NCBI GenBank assembly: GCA_963801995.1
Contig: CAWDGW010000014.1
Span: forward strand, 359,523 to 423,522
DNA from: an uncultured Holophagae bacterium
GTDB taxonomy: Bacteria > Acidobacteriota > Thermoanaerobaculia > Thermoanaerobaculales > Sulfomarinibacteraceae
DNA: 64,000 nucleotides
Direction: 5' to 3'
Part shown: piece after piece, positions 30,241 to 39,096 of the stretch
Position numbering within the stretch: position 1 is the stretch's first letter
Layout of the letters: every line of letters starts with the position of its first letter
Position numbers and translations under genes: made by a program
The notes under the pieces: model-generated
The model's input: the letters and a program-made list of their open reading frames with translations, nothing else
Database searches by the model: none
Told to the model about the DNA's origin: nothing

Positions 30241-30502
30241 GGATGGGCCTCCATGGAGGCACGGTGCTGCGTGGCATCGCCGGCTTCGGTGCGTCGTCGG
30301 TGCTTCACACGACGAGAATCCTCGGCTGTCACACGACCTCCCCATCGTGTTGGAGGTGGTGGACTCCGAGGAACTGATGGAGCCGTACATCGAACGGGTC
30401 AAGGCAATGCTCGACGAGGCGGGCTGTGGCGCCCTGATCACCAGCGAGAAGGCACACGTGATTCGGTATCGGCCGGGAGGCGGGAAAGAACGCAGGCAGT
30501 AG
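30201..30502 (+). pseudogene. DUF190-family gene remnant, N-terminally truncated and frameshifted
   Basis: LLLEARRMGLHGGTVLRGIAGFGASSVLHTTRIL in one frame, then RLSHDLPIVLEVVDSEEL...VIRY in another. One base is missing near 30320. The N-terminus is replaced by repeat copy B. Confidence 0.55.
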
Positions 30503-30528
30503 GCAGCAGGCCGTTGGCAATTGGCAGA
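30494..30528 (-). repeat. heptamer array AGGCAGT/TGGCAAT x5 (CTGCCAA family, reverse)
   Basis: Seen directly; overlaps the stop codon at 30500-30502. Confidence 0.85.
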
Positions 30529-30587
30529 TCCCTGATATTTTGGAAGGATCAACGGACCCAGTTTGTTTGATGAGGGGGGATGGACCG

Positions 30588-31130
30588 ATGAGCCATTTGA
30601 AAGACCTTCGAAAATCACTGGCGGTCGGGGCGTTGGTTCTGGCGTCGTCAGGTGTAGCCTCGGCTCGGGATCTCGACACCGTGGACTCCGTCGATCTCGA
30701 TCGTTACCTCGGCACGTGGTACGAGATCGCCAGCTACCCGGCGTGGTTCCAGAAGAACTGCACCTCGGTCACCGCCCAATACCGCCTCCGGGACGATGGA
30801 CTCATCAGCGTGATCAATCGTTGCCGAAAAGGCACGCTCGACGGCAAGGAGAAGAAGGCCAAGGGACGGGCAAAGGTCGTCGACACGCAGACCAATGCGA
30901 AGCTCAAAGTCTCGTTCTTCGGCCCGTTCTGGGGCGACTACTGGATCATCGATCTCGATGAGGACTATCAGTGGGTCGTCGTGGGCGAACCAAAGCGGAA
31001 GTACCTGTGGATCCTCTGCAGGAACCCCACAATGGACCAGAAATTGTTCGACGAGATCGTTGCGAGATTGCCCTCGTCAGGGTACGATGCCGGACGACTT
31101 CAAATGACCCTCCAGCCTGCCGGCGATTGA
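30588..31130 (+). CDS. blc: bacterial lipocalin
   Basis: Signal peptide followed by the YLGTWYEIA lipocalin motif. ORF trimmed to MSHLKDL. Confidence 0.8.
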   Translation: MSHLKDLRKSLAVGALVLASSGVASARDLDTVDSVDLDRYLGTWYEIASYPAWFQKNCTSVTAQYRLRDDGLISVINRCRKGTLDGKEKKAKGRAKVVDTQTNAKLKVSFFGPFWGDYWIIDLDEDYQWVVVGEPKRKYLWILCRNPTMDQKLFDEIVARLPSSGYDAGRLQMTLQPAGD

Positions 31131-31184
31131 AGTCTCTGAAATGTCATCGAATGCTCTGGCGTTGCCAGGTCGGGAGGTGAGGTC

Positions 31185-31943
31185 ATGGATCGTCTGAAAC
31201 TTTTACTGTGTGGCCTGCTTGCGGGCGCGCTGGCTCAAGCCGCCATGGCGCAGGACCTCGAATCGAAATTTGTCATCGAACTGGAAGCTGGACCGGTGTG
31301 GCAGAGCCGAAACGACGTCCAGATTCCGAACGACGACCAGGGAACGCGATTTTCGTTGGCGGATTTGGCAGGGAAGGGTCCGTGGCCAGGCGCACGGCTG
31401 TACTTCACCTGGAATCTCAGCGGTCGTCACAGCGTGAGGGCATTACTGGCGCCCTTGTCCTACACCGAGACCGGGACCTTTGATGAGCCGGTGACTTTCG
31501 TCGGCCAGACATACCAGCCAGGGCTGCCAACCCAGGCGACCTATCAGTTCAACTCCTGGCGGCTCAGCTATCGCTATCGTTTTCACTCGGGCAGCAGGTG
31601 GCAGTGGTGGGTCGGCTTCACCGCCAAGGTGCGCGACGCGAAGATCGAGCTGCAGCAGGGGAACACGACCAGCCGTGACACCGATGTGGGCTTCGTACCG
31701 CTCCTCTACCTGGGGGCGGATTGGAGGTTCGCCGAGCGCTGGCACCTGCTGCTCGATCTCGACGCTCTCGCCGGCGGACCGGGCCGCGCCGAGGACCTGT
31801 CCCTCAAAGTCGGCTACGACATCGGCGAGCGCTGGACCGTTACCGGTGGGTACCGCACCGTGGAGGGCGGCGCCGACACCGACGAGGTGTACAACTTCGC
31901 GTGGTTTCATTCGGCGGTTGTTTCGGGAATTTATCGATTCTGA
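31185..31943 (+). CDS. outer-membrane beta-barrel protein
   Basis: Signal peptide, alternating amphipathic strands, C-terminal ...GIYRF. Confidence 0.6.
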   Translation: MDRLKLLLCGLLAGALAQAAMAQDLESKFVIELEAGPVWQSRNDVQIPNDDQGTRFSLADLAGKGPWPGARLYFTWNLSGRHSVRALLAPLSYTETGTFDEPVTFVGQTYQPGLPTQATYQFNSWRLSYRYRFHSGSRWQWWVGFTAKVRDAKIELQQGNTTSRDTDVGFVPLLYLGADWRFAERWHLLLDLDALAGGPGRAEDLSLKVGYDIGERWTVTGGYRTVEGGADTDEVYNFAWFHSAVVSGIYRF

Positions 31944-31987
31944 AGTTCCTGACTGGGCTGCCAAGGCCAGCCCGTCGTCACGTCACG

Positions 31988-32541
31988 TCAAAACCCCGGC
32001 TTCATCTTCTGCCACTTCTTGGCGATCTTGGTGACGGCCTTGTCGATCTTCTTGGCATTCTTCTCGGGATTTTGGGACACCGCGGTGGTGGCGGATCCTC
32101 GCCAGATCAAGGTCTTTTCCCGGGCGTCCCAGATGTCGATGATCAGGGTGCCCTCGGTGTATGTGCTGACGCTTGTGGTGAGTAGGCACCGCCCCAGTAG
32201 GGATCCCACCCCCAGCTCCCGGGATAGCTGACGCCAAATGAAGCCGTGTTGACCCGCAGTTGATCCTTCGCGCTGGTGTGGTAGGTGACGAAGAGGTCCG
32301 GGTCGCTGTCGACGAATTTCATACGGCCGCTGGAGATGGTGTCGATGATCGCCGTCTTGATCCGGTCGTGCATCATCTGGGAGATTCCGGCTACCGACGT
32401 TTCCGGGGTGTCCGCCCAACTGAAGGTCTTGTAGGTGGTCAGTCGCGCCGCCCGGTCGTAGTCGATGTGGACCTGCTGGGCGACGGCTGGCGCTGCGATT
32501 ATGCTCAAGGTGAGCGCCGTCATCAGTATTTTATTCATCAT
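31988..32541 (-). pseudogene. DUF4136-like lipoprotein gene with frameshift
   Basis: N-part in ORF 32143..32541. C-part (YTEGTLIIDIWDAREKTLIWRG...NPEKNAKKIDKAV) in ORF 31988..32419. The shift is near 32185-32195. Confidence 0.55.
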
Positions 32542-32580
32542 TCCTCCACTCGGATCGATCGGCCGATAGTAGCACCCCAG

Positions 32581-32720
32581 CTGCCAACTGCTAACTCACC
32601 GACAACAGCAGCCCACAGCCGTGGCCATGGGGGTCGTCTCGAGGGAGGGGGCTGGCCACGGCTGTCTGCTGGTGGCGGGGAGTCGCGTTGGAGCAGCCAT
32701 CGGCTAGTTGGCAGTTGGCC
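32581..32720 (+). repeat. structured repeat copy C (short form) flanked by inverted CTGCCAA/AGTTGGC arms
   Basis: Keeps the outer stem and the 3' hairpin of copies A and B, but the ~95-nt interior is replaced by ~27 nt. Confidence 0.85.
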
Positions 32721-32790
32721 AAATTCGGAATTCGGAAAACCGATCCCGAGGGCTGGAGGGTATGGCCTTTGATCTTGATTCGAATTAGAG
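32721..32790 (+). repeat. composite element: GAATTCG x2 + GAAAACC + core ATCCCGAGGGCTGGAGGGTATGGCC + TTGATC-type units
   Basis: About 60 nt align to the reverse complement of 37870-37964. Confidence 0.85.
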
Positions 32791-32904
32791 AGCGGTATGC
32801 GCGGAGCGGGCAGATCGGCAACGAACCATCTCACACATGTAGGGTCGTCGTGCCTGTGATTTCTGATGTTCGATTAGACAGCGGAATGCCTGGAGCGAGG
32901 AGAT

Positions 32905-32974
32905 CTGCCAACTGCCAACTGCCAACTGCCAACTGCCAACTGCCAACTGCCAACTGCTAACTGCTAACTGCTAA
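32905..32974 (+). repeat. heptamer array CTGCCAA x6 then CTGCTAA x4
   Basis: Ten perfect units in two blocks. Overlaps the stop codon of the minus-strand gene at 32971. Confidence 0.95.
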
Positions 32975-33783
32975 CTGCTAACTGTCTCCTCGCCGGTGTG
33001 CTCGCTCAGCGGATCGAGCCTGAGATAACGCGAAAGGTAGCGGACGCCGATGTAGAAGGGGACGGTGTCGAGCGCCGCCACCAGAAACTTGAAGGCGTAG
33101 CCGGTGGCGATAAACAGGGCAAGCTGTCGACCCACCGGCTGCCGTGGATCGATGGGAAGCGCGTGGGCGTAGTAGTGGGTGATCAGGATGACGGCGGTTG
33201 TGTCCACCAACTGGCTGACCATGGTCGATCCATTATTCCGCACCCACAGCAGCCGGCCCTTGGTGACCCGCTTCCAGAAATGGAACACGTAGACGTCGCA
33301 GAACTGGGCCGCCATGTAGGCCAGCATGGAGGCGGTGACGGCACCAAAGGTGAGGGCGCGGATCTCGAAGAAGACCGGCAGCCGGCCGGCCCCATCGCGG
33401 AGGATCTCGCCGGTGGCCGGGTCGATGCTCTCGAAGCCCGGCAAAATCCCGCCCAGCCACATGACGAGAATGACCCAGATATTGAGTAGCAACCCGACGA
33501 AAACCACGAAGTTGGCCCGCTTCCGGCCGTAGAACTCGGAGATGAAGTCGGTACACAGGAAAGTGATCGGGTAGGGGAGGACCCCGACGGCGATCGCGAA
33601 GGTGAGGGTGGCGCCGCCGCCGGTAGTCACCTCGGCCAACTTGATGAACCTGCTGATGCCCAGGATGTTGAGCATGGCGAGGGTGCCCAGGAAGAGGCCC
33701 GCGAAGACCAGGAACACGCGCTCCCTACGCGCGTGCAGGTGCGACGCCTCGATCGGGTGCAGCTGGGTGCTGGGATTTGGCAT
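32971..33783 (-). CDS. yhhQ: queuosine-precursor transporter family (YhhQ/VUT) membrane protein
   Basis: 270 aa polytopic protein with YPITFLCTDFISEFYGRKRAN typical of the family. Confidence 0.7.
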   Translation of the reverse strand: MPNPSTQLHPIEASHLHARRERVFLVFAGLFLGTLAMLNILGISRFIKLAEVTTGGGATLTFAIAVGVLPYPITFLCTDFISEFYGRKRANFVVFVGLLLNIWVILVMWLGGILPGFESIDPATGEILRDGAGRLPVFFEIRALTFGAVTASMLAYMAAQFCDVYVFHFWKRVTKGRLLWVRNNGSTMVSQLVDTTAVILITHYYAHALPIDPRQPVGRQLALFIATGYAFKFLVAALDTVPFYIGVRYLSRYLRLDPLSEHTGEETVSS

Positions 33784-33834
33784 CTATACGAGGATAACGA
33801 ATCTCAAGCGGCCGTGAGGGCTGGAGGAGTCAAT

Positions 33835-33919
33835 AGTCCAAAGTCCAAAGTCGGGACGACTCCAAGGGCCAGTGGTTGAGTGGGGACTTTTGACTTGAGA
33901 CTTTTGACTTTAGACTTCT
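33835..33919. repeat. inverted heptamer arms AGTCCAA x2-3 (33835-33855) and GACTTTT x5 (33885-33919) around a ~30-nt core
   Basis: Seen directly. The right arm overlaps the stop codon at 33910-33912. Confidence 0.85.
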
Positions 33920-34305
33920 CCGCCGTCGAACTCGTGCTCCCAGGCGTGCATCTCGGCGTCTGAAAGACCGAAATGGTGGCCAATCTCGTGCAGCAGGGTG
34001 AGCTGGACCTGGCGGATCAAGGCTGGCCCGTCGGCCGACGCGGCCATCAGGGGTTGGCGATAGAGCACGATCACGTCGGGCAGGACGTTGCCGTACCAGC
34101 CGCCCCGCTGGTCCAGCGGAACTCCAGTGTAGAGACCGAACAGGGTGTCCCGTTGGGGGTCGAGGTCCAGATCCAACAGAGTGGCGCGATCCGGAGTTTC
34201 GCGGATTTGGACCGTGACGTTGCTCATGAGCTCGGCGAAGTGGGTGGGCAGGTTGTCGAGGGCCTCTTCAACCAGCTCCTCGAACCGAGAACGCGAAACG
34301 CGCAT
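33910..34305 (-). CDS. zincin-like metallopeptidase family protein (DUF1025 type)
   Basis: 131 aa with the HEIGHHFGLSDAEM motif. Confidence 0.7.
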   Translation of the reverse strand: MRVSRSRFEELVEEALDNLPTHFAELMSNVTVQIRETPDRATLLDLDLDPQRDTLFGLYTGVPLDQRGGWYGNVLPDVIVLYRQPLMAASADGPALIRQVQLTLLHEIGHHFGLSDAEMHAWEHEFDGGEV

Positions 34306-34320
34306 GGATGAGCCGGCAAC

Positions 34321-34527
34321 CTACTTGTGGGCGCGACCCTTGAGGAGATCGACGGCGTTCCAACCCACCAGAGAGCCGACGACGGCGCCGACGATCGGTC
34401 CGATCAACTCGCCCTGGGTGCCGAGCAGCATGGGTCCGTATTTGACCCCGGCGGCACCACCGACCACGGCGAAGATCACCAGGAAGATGGCCCTCAAGAA
34501 TCGGACGGTTTCAAAATCCAACGACAT
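34321..34527 (-). CDS. small membrane protein
   Basis: ORF trimmed to MSLDFETV. Two Gly-rich hydrophobic helices. Confidence 0.4.
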   Translation of the reverse strand: MSLDFETVRFLRAIFLVIFAVVGGAAGVKYGPMLLGTQGELIGPIVGAVVGSLVGWNAVDLLKGRAHK

Positions 34528-34660
34528 GACGTGGCTCCATCGGGCGCGGGCGGCTCCGCTCTCCGCTGCCATCGTGATTATACAGATACGTTGGGTCTGA
34601 GCGGGTTGACGAGGCTCGGAGCGTGTAAAGTTGCAGGGCCATGAACAATGGGGGATCGCC

Positions 34661-36286
34661 ATGCACTTGATCGGACTGCTCGGAGTGTTGGCTCTACTGG
34701 GTCTCGCGTGGGCGCTTTCCTACCACAAACGGTCCGTTCGGTATAGCACGGTAGTGTGGGGGATCGGACTCCAGGTGCTGTTTGCCGTGATCATCCTCCG
34801 CAGGGATGCCTGGAGCTTCGCCGGAATGGTGGTCTTCGGCCTGTTGATGGTTGTCTATCTTCTGCAGAAGGACCACGCCACGATGGGCCGTGGATGGACG
34901 GCGACGGCCCTCCTGGCAGCCGGGGGGGTGGCGGTGGGAGCTGTTTTCGTCGTGCTCGCACCGGGCTTCGTGCCGTATTTTCTCGGTGCCACCGTGGTGG
35001 CTTTGCTGGTCAACGGCGGCTTTCGGCTCGCCCAACCGGCCCAGCGGTACCTGGCGGCGCTGTTGGTGGTCCTCGGGGTAGCGTTTCTCATATCCCGGGG
35101 CTATTACGGGCAGCTCATATTTGCCGCTTTTTCTCAAAAGGTGGCGGCGTTCCTGAGTCTCTCCGACTACGGCGCGAGTTTCCTGTTTGGAAACCTGGTG
35201 GATTCCAAGTACTTCTTCCCGGGTGAGGGCGCTGGCTGGCCGGGTTTCGGCTTCCAGTTTGCTTTCAAGGTGTTGCCCACCATCATTTTCTTCGGCGGAT
35301 TCATGAGCGTCCTTTACTACCTGGGAATCATGCAGCGGGCCATCGAGGCCATGGCGAGATTCATGCGTTGGACCATCGGTACCAGCGGCGCCGAAACCCT
35401 CTCGTGCACCGCCAACATCTTCGTCGGCCAGACCGAAGCGCCCCTGCTCATCAAGCCGTTTCTGGACGATATGACCCGATCGGAGCTGCTGACCATCATG
35501 GTGGGGGGCTTTGCCACCATCGCCGGTGGTGTGCTGGCCGGCTACATTGCTCTCGGCGTCCCCGCCGGGCACCTGGTGGCCGCCAGCGTGATGTCGGCTC
35601 CGGCCGCCCTGGTGATCGGGAAGATCATTTACCCGGAGGTCGAGCACTCTCGGACAGCGGGGGACGTCAAGATGCCGGACATCGATGTCGGCGGGAACGT
35701 CATCGAGGCGGCCTCCAACGGGATCATCGACGGGCTCAAGCTGGCGGTCAACGTGGGCGCCATGCTGATCGGTTTCATCGCGTTGATCGCGGTGATCGAC
35801 ACGGCCCTGATCTGGTGTGACGCGCTGATCGACGGCCGCCTGGTGGGCGGTGAGTACGTGGTCTACAGCTTCGAAACCCTGTGGTCGCCGGTGAGAGGGG
35901 AGTACCTCGGTTTCTTCCCCGGCTCGCTTCAAACACTTTTTGGAACCCTACTCAGACCGCTGGCTTGGCTGATGGGTGTGCCCTGGGCAGACGCCGCCGC
36001 GGTTGGGAATCTCCTAGGCATCAAGCTCTCCCTCAACGAGTTCGTGGCCTACGGTGCGCTCGGGTCCTACATCCAGGAGGGTGTCATGAGCGAGCGTGCG
36101 ATCATCATCTCCACCTACGCGTTGTGTGGATTCGCCAACTTCTCGTCCATCGGCATCCAGTTGGGCGGCATTTCGGCGGTGTCACCGAAGCGCAAATCTG
36201 ACCTGGCTCAGCTCGGCCTGAAAGCCATGCTCGGGGGGGCCATCGCCTCGTGGCTGACCGCGACCATCGCCGGCCTCCTTTTGTAG
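34661..36286 (+). CDS. NupC/CNT family nucleoside transporter with extra membrane segments
   Basis: CNT-like N-terminal and C-terminal regions (SLNEFVAYGAL, CGFANFSSIGIQLGG). About 120 aa longer than typical. Confidence 0.75.
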   Translation: MHLIGLLGVLALLGLAWALSYHKRSVRYSTVVWGIGLQVLFAVIILRRDAWSFAGMVVFGLLMVVYLLQKDHATMGRGWTATALLAAGGVAVGAVFVVLAPGFVPYFLGATVVALLVNGGFRLAQPAQRYLAALLVVLGVAFLISRGYYGQLIFAAFSQKVAAFLSLSDYGASFLFGNLVDSKYFFPGEGAGWPGFGFQFAFKVLPTIIFFGGFMSVLYYLGIMQRAIEAMARFMRWTIGTSGAETLSCTANIFVGQTEAPLLIKPFLDDMTRSELLTIMVGGFATIAGGVLAGYIALGVPAGHLVAASVMSAPAALVIGKIIYPEVEHSRTAGDVKMPDIDVGGNVIEAASNGIIDGLKLAVNVGAMLIGFIALIAVIDTALIWCDALIDGRLVGGEYVVYSFETLWSPVRGEYLGFFPGSLQTLFGTLLRPLAWLMGVPWADAAAVGNLLGIKLSLNEFVAYGALGSYIQEGVMSERAIIISTYALCGFANFSSIGIQLGGISAVSPKRKSDLAQLGLKAMLGGAIASWLTATIAGLLL

Positions 36287-36336
36287 CGGCGCTGATCTTC
36301 GGAGCAGCGTGGGGACCTCCGAATCGGGCGGTCGAA

Positions 36337-36385
36337 GGTTGATGAGGTTGAAGATCCAAGATCCAAGATTGAAGATTCTGGATCG
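36337..36385 (+). repeat. heptamer array AAGATCC/AAGATTG x5-7
   Basis: Seen directly. Confidence 0.85.
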
Positions 36386-36406
36386 CGACGACCGATCGAG
36401 CGGCTC

Positions 36407-36455
36407 AAATCTCAGATCTCAGATTCCAGATCCCACATCCCAGGTCTCAGGTATC
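36407..36455 (+). repeat. heptamer array AGATCTC/AGATCCC x7
   Basis: Seen directly. Confidence 0.85.
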
Positions 36456-36463
36456 TGGTCACA

Positions 36464-36491
36464 GCCGCATGCCGCATGCCGCATGCCGCTT
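36464..36491 (+). repeat. heptamer array GCCGCAT x3 (+1)
   Basis: Seen directly. Confidence 0.9.
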
Positions 36492-36532
36492 CCCGCCGCG
36501 TCGTCTAAGATATGAACCTGACGGAGGCATCG

Positions 36533-37852
36533 ATGACTCGACGGATTCTTGTTCCGGTTCTCTTGCTGGTCCTCGCGCTCGGCGGCTGCGATCTGCTGAA
36601 CCCGGCCCGGCCCACCCCGCACGACGACACCAATCTCTTCGGCAACCTGATCGAGGTGGTTGAGGATGAAGGCGAGCCCGGTGTTTGGTGGATGCGCATG
36701 CGAATCGGACTGCCGAGGGCGTTCGCCAGAGCCGAAGCGGCGGAGGGCAAGCCGACTCCCACCATGGACGAGGGCACGGTTGCCGACGTGAGGGTGACTC
36801 ACGATACAGTCGTGCTCGTCGAAGGGCAACCGGCCTCGATCTCCGATATCAACCCCGGGACCGAGGTGGTGGTGATCCCGGTGGCGGGAAGCACCCGAAT
36901 GATCGGAACTTCGAACATCACGGTCGAGGCAGGCTACCTGACTGACTTCCACACCTTTCGACGCTGGCAGTTGCCTGGACTTGGGTCGACCCAGGCTCCC
37001 GATTCGCGGGAGGATCCAGGGGTCATCAACTCGTCCGGAGTCGAGGGTTCTCCGGTGCCGGTGGCGGACGGCAGCGTGCTCTACTTCTCGGCCCGGCTGA
37101 GGCTGCCCATCAACTCCGATGGGGGTTGGCTGGGTGCGCGCCGAGCGGGGATGGTGGAACCGGATTCGGACGCGATGGTGGTCGAGAGGTCCTACCGGAC
37201 TGAACTCGAGGAGTCGGCTTGGAGTCAGCCCGAACTCGTTGAGTTTCCTGGCCTCGACGGAGAAGCCGTGGTCAGGATTTCCTGGATGTCGAACGACGAG
37301 ACGCGGTGCCTGGTGACAGTCTCCGACTTCGAGGGACATTCGTGGGTTGGATCTTCCGAGCGTTCATCGGCCAGGGCGGGATGGGGCATGGTCCAGGAAA
37401 TGTCTCAGCTTGTGAACGAAAACCCCGGCGATGCTGTGTACCTGGCCGGCAGCACAACCAAGGTCGTCTACGTCGCGAGCATGACCGGTAGTCCAAGCAC
37501 CGATCTCATGCTGCTCGACCCTGGCGTTGCCGAGACTCCCCAGCTGCTGACCCCACCGATCAACTCGGCGGCCAGCGAATGGGGACCGAGGGTTGGACCG
37601 AACAACGAGCTCTTCTTCGTTCGCGGTGACCACCAGTTGATGATGGACGCCGGAACCGTCCACCCGGTCGGTATTCCGGTACCCCACCGAGCCGCCGTCA
37701 CCCAGGCCGCGCCAACCACCGACGGCCGATGGATCTTCTTCTGCTTGCCCAACTACACCCCAGGGGAGCTCGATCAGGATATCTACGTCTCGCGCTGGAT
37801 GGGGGAGAACAGGCTCGGCGAGCCTGTCCCTGTGGACGAGTGGAGGCCATAA
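36533..37852 (+). CDS. lipoprotein with TolB/PD40-like beta-propeller repeats
   Basis: Lipobox LALGGC after MTRRILVPVLLLV. The C-terminal half is repeat-like. Confidence 0.55.
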   Translation: MTRRILVPVLLLVLALGGCDLLNPARPTPHDDTNLFGNLIEVVEDEGEPGVWWMRMRIGLPRAFARAEAAEGKPTPTMDEGTVADVRVTHDTVVLVEGQPASISDINPGTEVVVIPVAGSTRMIGTSNITVEAGYLTDFHTFRRWQLPGLGSTQAPDSREDPGVINSSGVEGSPVPVADGSVLYFSARLRLPINSDGGWLGARRAGMVEPDSDAMVVERSYRTELEESAWSQPELVEFPGLDGEAVVRISWMSNDETRCLVTVSDFEGHSWVGSSERSSARAGWGMVQEMSQLVNENPGDAVYLAGSTTKVVYVASMTGSPSTDLMLLDPGVAETPQLLTPPINSAASEWGPRVGPNNELFFVRGDHQLMMDAGTVHPVGIPVPHRAAVTQAAPTTDGRWIFFCLPNYTPGELDQDIYVSRWMGENRLGEPVPVDEWRP

Positions 37853-37869
37853 CCCCCAGCCGCCCTTCC

Positions 37870-37964
37870 AATCGAAGATCAAAAATCGAAAATCGAAAAT
37901 CAAAGATCGAAGGCCATACCTCCAGCCCTCGGGATTGGTTTTCCGAATTCCGAATTCCGAATTC
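37870..37964 (-). repeat. composite element: AATCGAA x6 array + core + GAATTCG x3 with GAAAACC (reverse)
   Basis: The reverse complement aligns with 32721-32790. Confidence 0.85.
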
Positions 37965-38038
37965 TGCCAATTGTAGACGTGGGGTTGACATTAATTAAGT
38001 AAATGCTAAATTACCGATATAGTGAATGAGCTGTTGTC

Positions 38039-38422
38039 TTGAGTGAATTGGAGGGACTCGTGAAAGAAATCTTGGATTGTGTGGCGCCAGACCGATCATC
38101 GCACGAGTTGGTGGCGTTTCGTGAAGCCCTCAAGGTCAACAACCGCAACCTGCGCAGCGCCGCCGCGCACTATGCGTTGCTGGCCGGCGAGACCAGGCTC
38201 AAGATCCTGGCCCTGCTGCGCCACGCCGGCGAACTCTGCGTCTGCGATCTTGCCACGGTCCTCGACATGACCCCGGCCGCGGTGTCGCAGCACCTCTCCC
38301 GGCTCCGCGGCGGCGGACTGGTGGAAGCCAGACGCGCCGGGATGACGACCTACTACCGCTGTCTCGGGGACTCATGTCCCCTCCCGGAGGTCCCGGCGCT
38401 CGCCAGGGAGGTTCGGACATGA
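38039..38422 (+). CDS. ArsR/SmtB family metalloregulator
   Basis: TTG start. wHTH region ELCVCDLATVLDMTPAAVSQHLSRL. Confidence 0.8.
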   Translation: MSELEGLVKEILDCVAPDRSSHELVAFREALKVNNRNLRSAAAHYALLAGETRLKILALLRHAGELCVCDLATVLDMTPAAVSQHLSRLRGGGLVEARRAGMTTYYRCLGDSCPLPEVPALAREVRT

Positions 38423-38760
38423 TTCGGCAGTCGATTCCGGTCTTGTTGTTGGGCGCTTTGATGCTCTCGTGCTCGGGCGGTGTGATGCCAGAGGATGGGG
38501 CGGCATCGGTTCGGACGGTCTTCGTGGTGGAGGGGATGCACTGCGACGGCTGCTCGTCCGCCATCACCGAGGCTCTGGAGGGAAGTGAGGGCGTCGAGTC
38601 CGCCTCGGCCAATCATGAGTCGGGGATCGCCGAAGCCGTGCACCGGGCTGATAACGGGACGCCGGAGGAGCTCAAGACAGCCATCGAGGATCTCGGCTAC
38701 ACCGTTGCCTCATGGGAGACCGCCCCGATCTCGGCGACCGGGCGGCAACCCCCGAGTTAA
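38419..38760 (+). CDS. heavy-metal-associated (HMA) domain lipoprotein
   Basis: ATGA overlap with the ArsR stop codon. Lipobox LSCSG. GMHCDGCSSAI metal-binding motif. Confidence 0.75.
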   Translation: MIRQSIPVLLLGALMLSCSGGVMPEDGAASVRTVFVVEGMHCDGCSSAITEALEGSEGVESASANHESGIAEAVHRADNGTPEELKTAIEDLGYTVASWETAPISATGRQPPS

Positions 38761-38761
38761 G

Positions 38762-38815
38762 AGTCCAAAGTCAAAAGTCAAAAGTCGGGCTCAGGGCCCA
38801 CGACTTAAGACTCGG
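38762..38815 (+). repeat. heptamer array AGTCCAA/AGTCAAA x4 running into an imperfect hairpin
   Basis: Starts 2 nt after the stop codon at 38760. AGTCGGGC...GCCCACGACT can pair. Confidence 0.8.
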
Positions 38816-38831
38816 GGCGTAAAGATCTGAA

Positions 38832-38871
38832 GCAGTGGAGCGGTGAAGCAGTGAAGCGGTGGAGCAGGGGA
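38832..38871 (+). repeat. octamer array GCAGTGGA/GCGGTGAA x5
   Basis: Seen directly. Confidence 0.85.
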
Positions 38872-39018
38872 GGGAAGACGTGTTGGGTGGTTCATTGCTC
38901 CAACGCTAGGCCGCGCAGCGGCCGATCATGGCTTCATCGCTGAAGTCACTGCGATCCACGACCGCGACGACTCTTGCGATCGCCGGCGATTCGGACCAGC
39001 GCCTCGCTGCTCACTGCT

Positions 39019-39080
39019 CATAGCCCCTAAGCCCCTAAGCGCCATAGCCCCGAATCCCGAATCCCGAATCCCGAGCCCCG
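39019..39080 (+). repeat. octamer array CATAGCCC/CTAAGCCC x4 followed by heptamer array CGAATCC x3-4
   Basis: Seen directly upstream of the Smr gene. Confidence 0.85.
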
Positions 39081-39096
39081 GCGTTATACTCCAACC

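Noticed and set aside
31944-31987. Imperfect hairpin GGGCTGCC-AA-GGCCAGCCC between convergent genes as a bidirectional terminator
   Set aside because: The stem has a bulge and there is no T tract on either side. The support is too weak to call it a feature.
33784-33909. preQ1 riboswitch upstream of the yhhQ-like transporter
   Set aside because: Reading the minus strand, I found no preQ1-I-like stem followed by an A-rich tail/CTA motif. The spacer is occupied by heptamer arrays. A covariance-model scan would be needed to exclude other classes.
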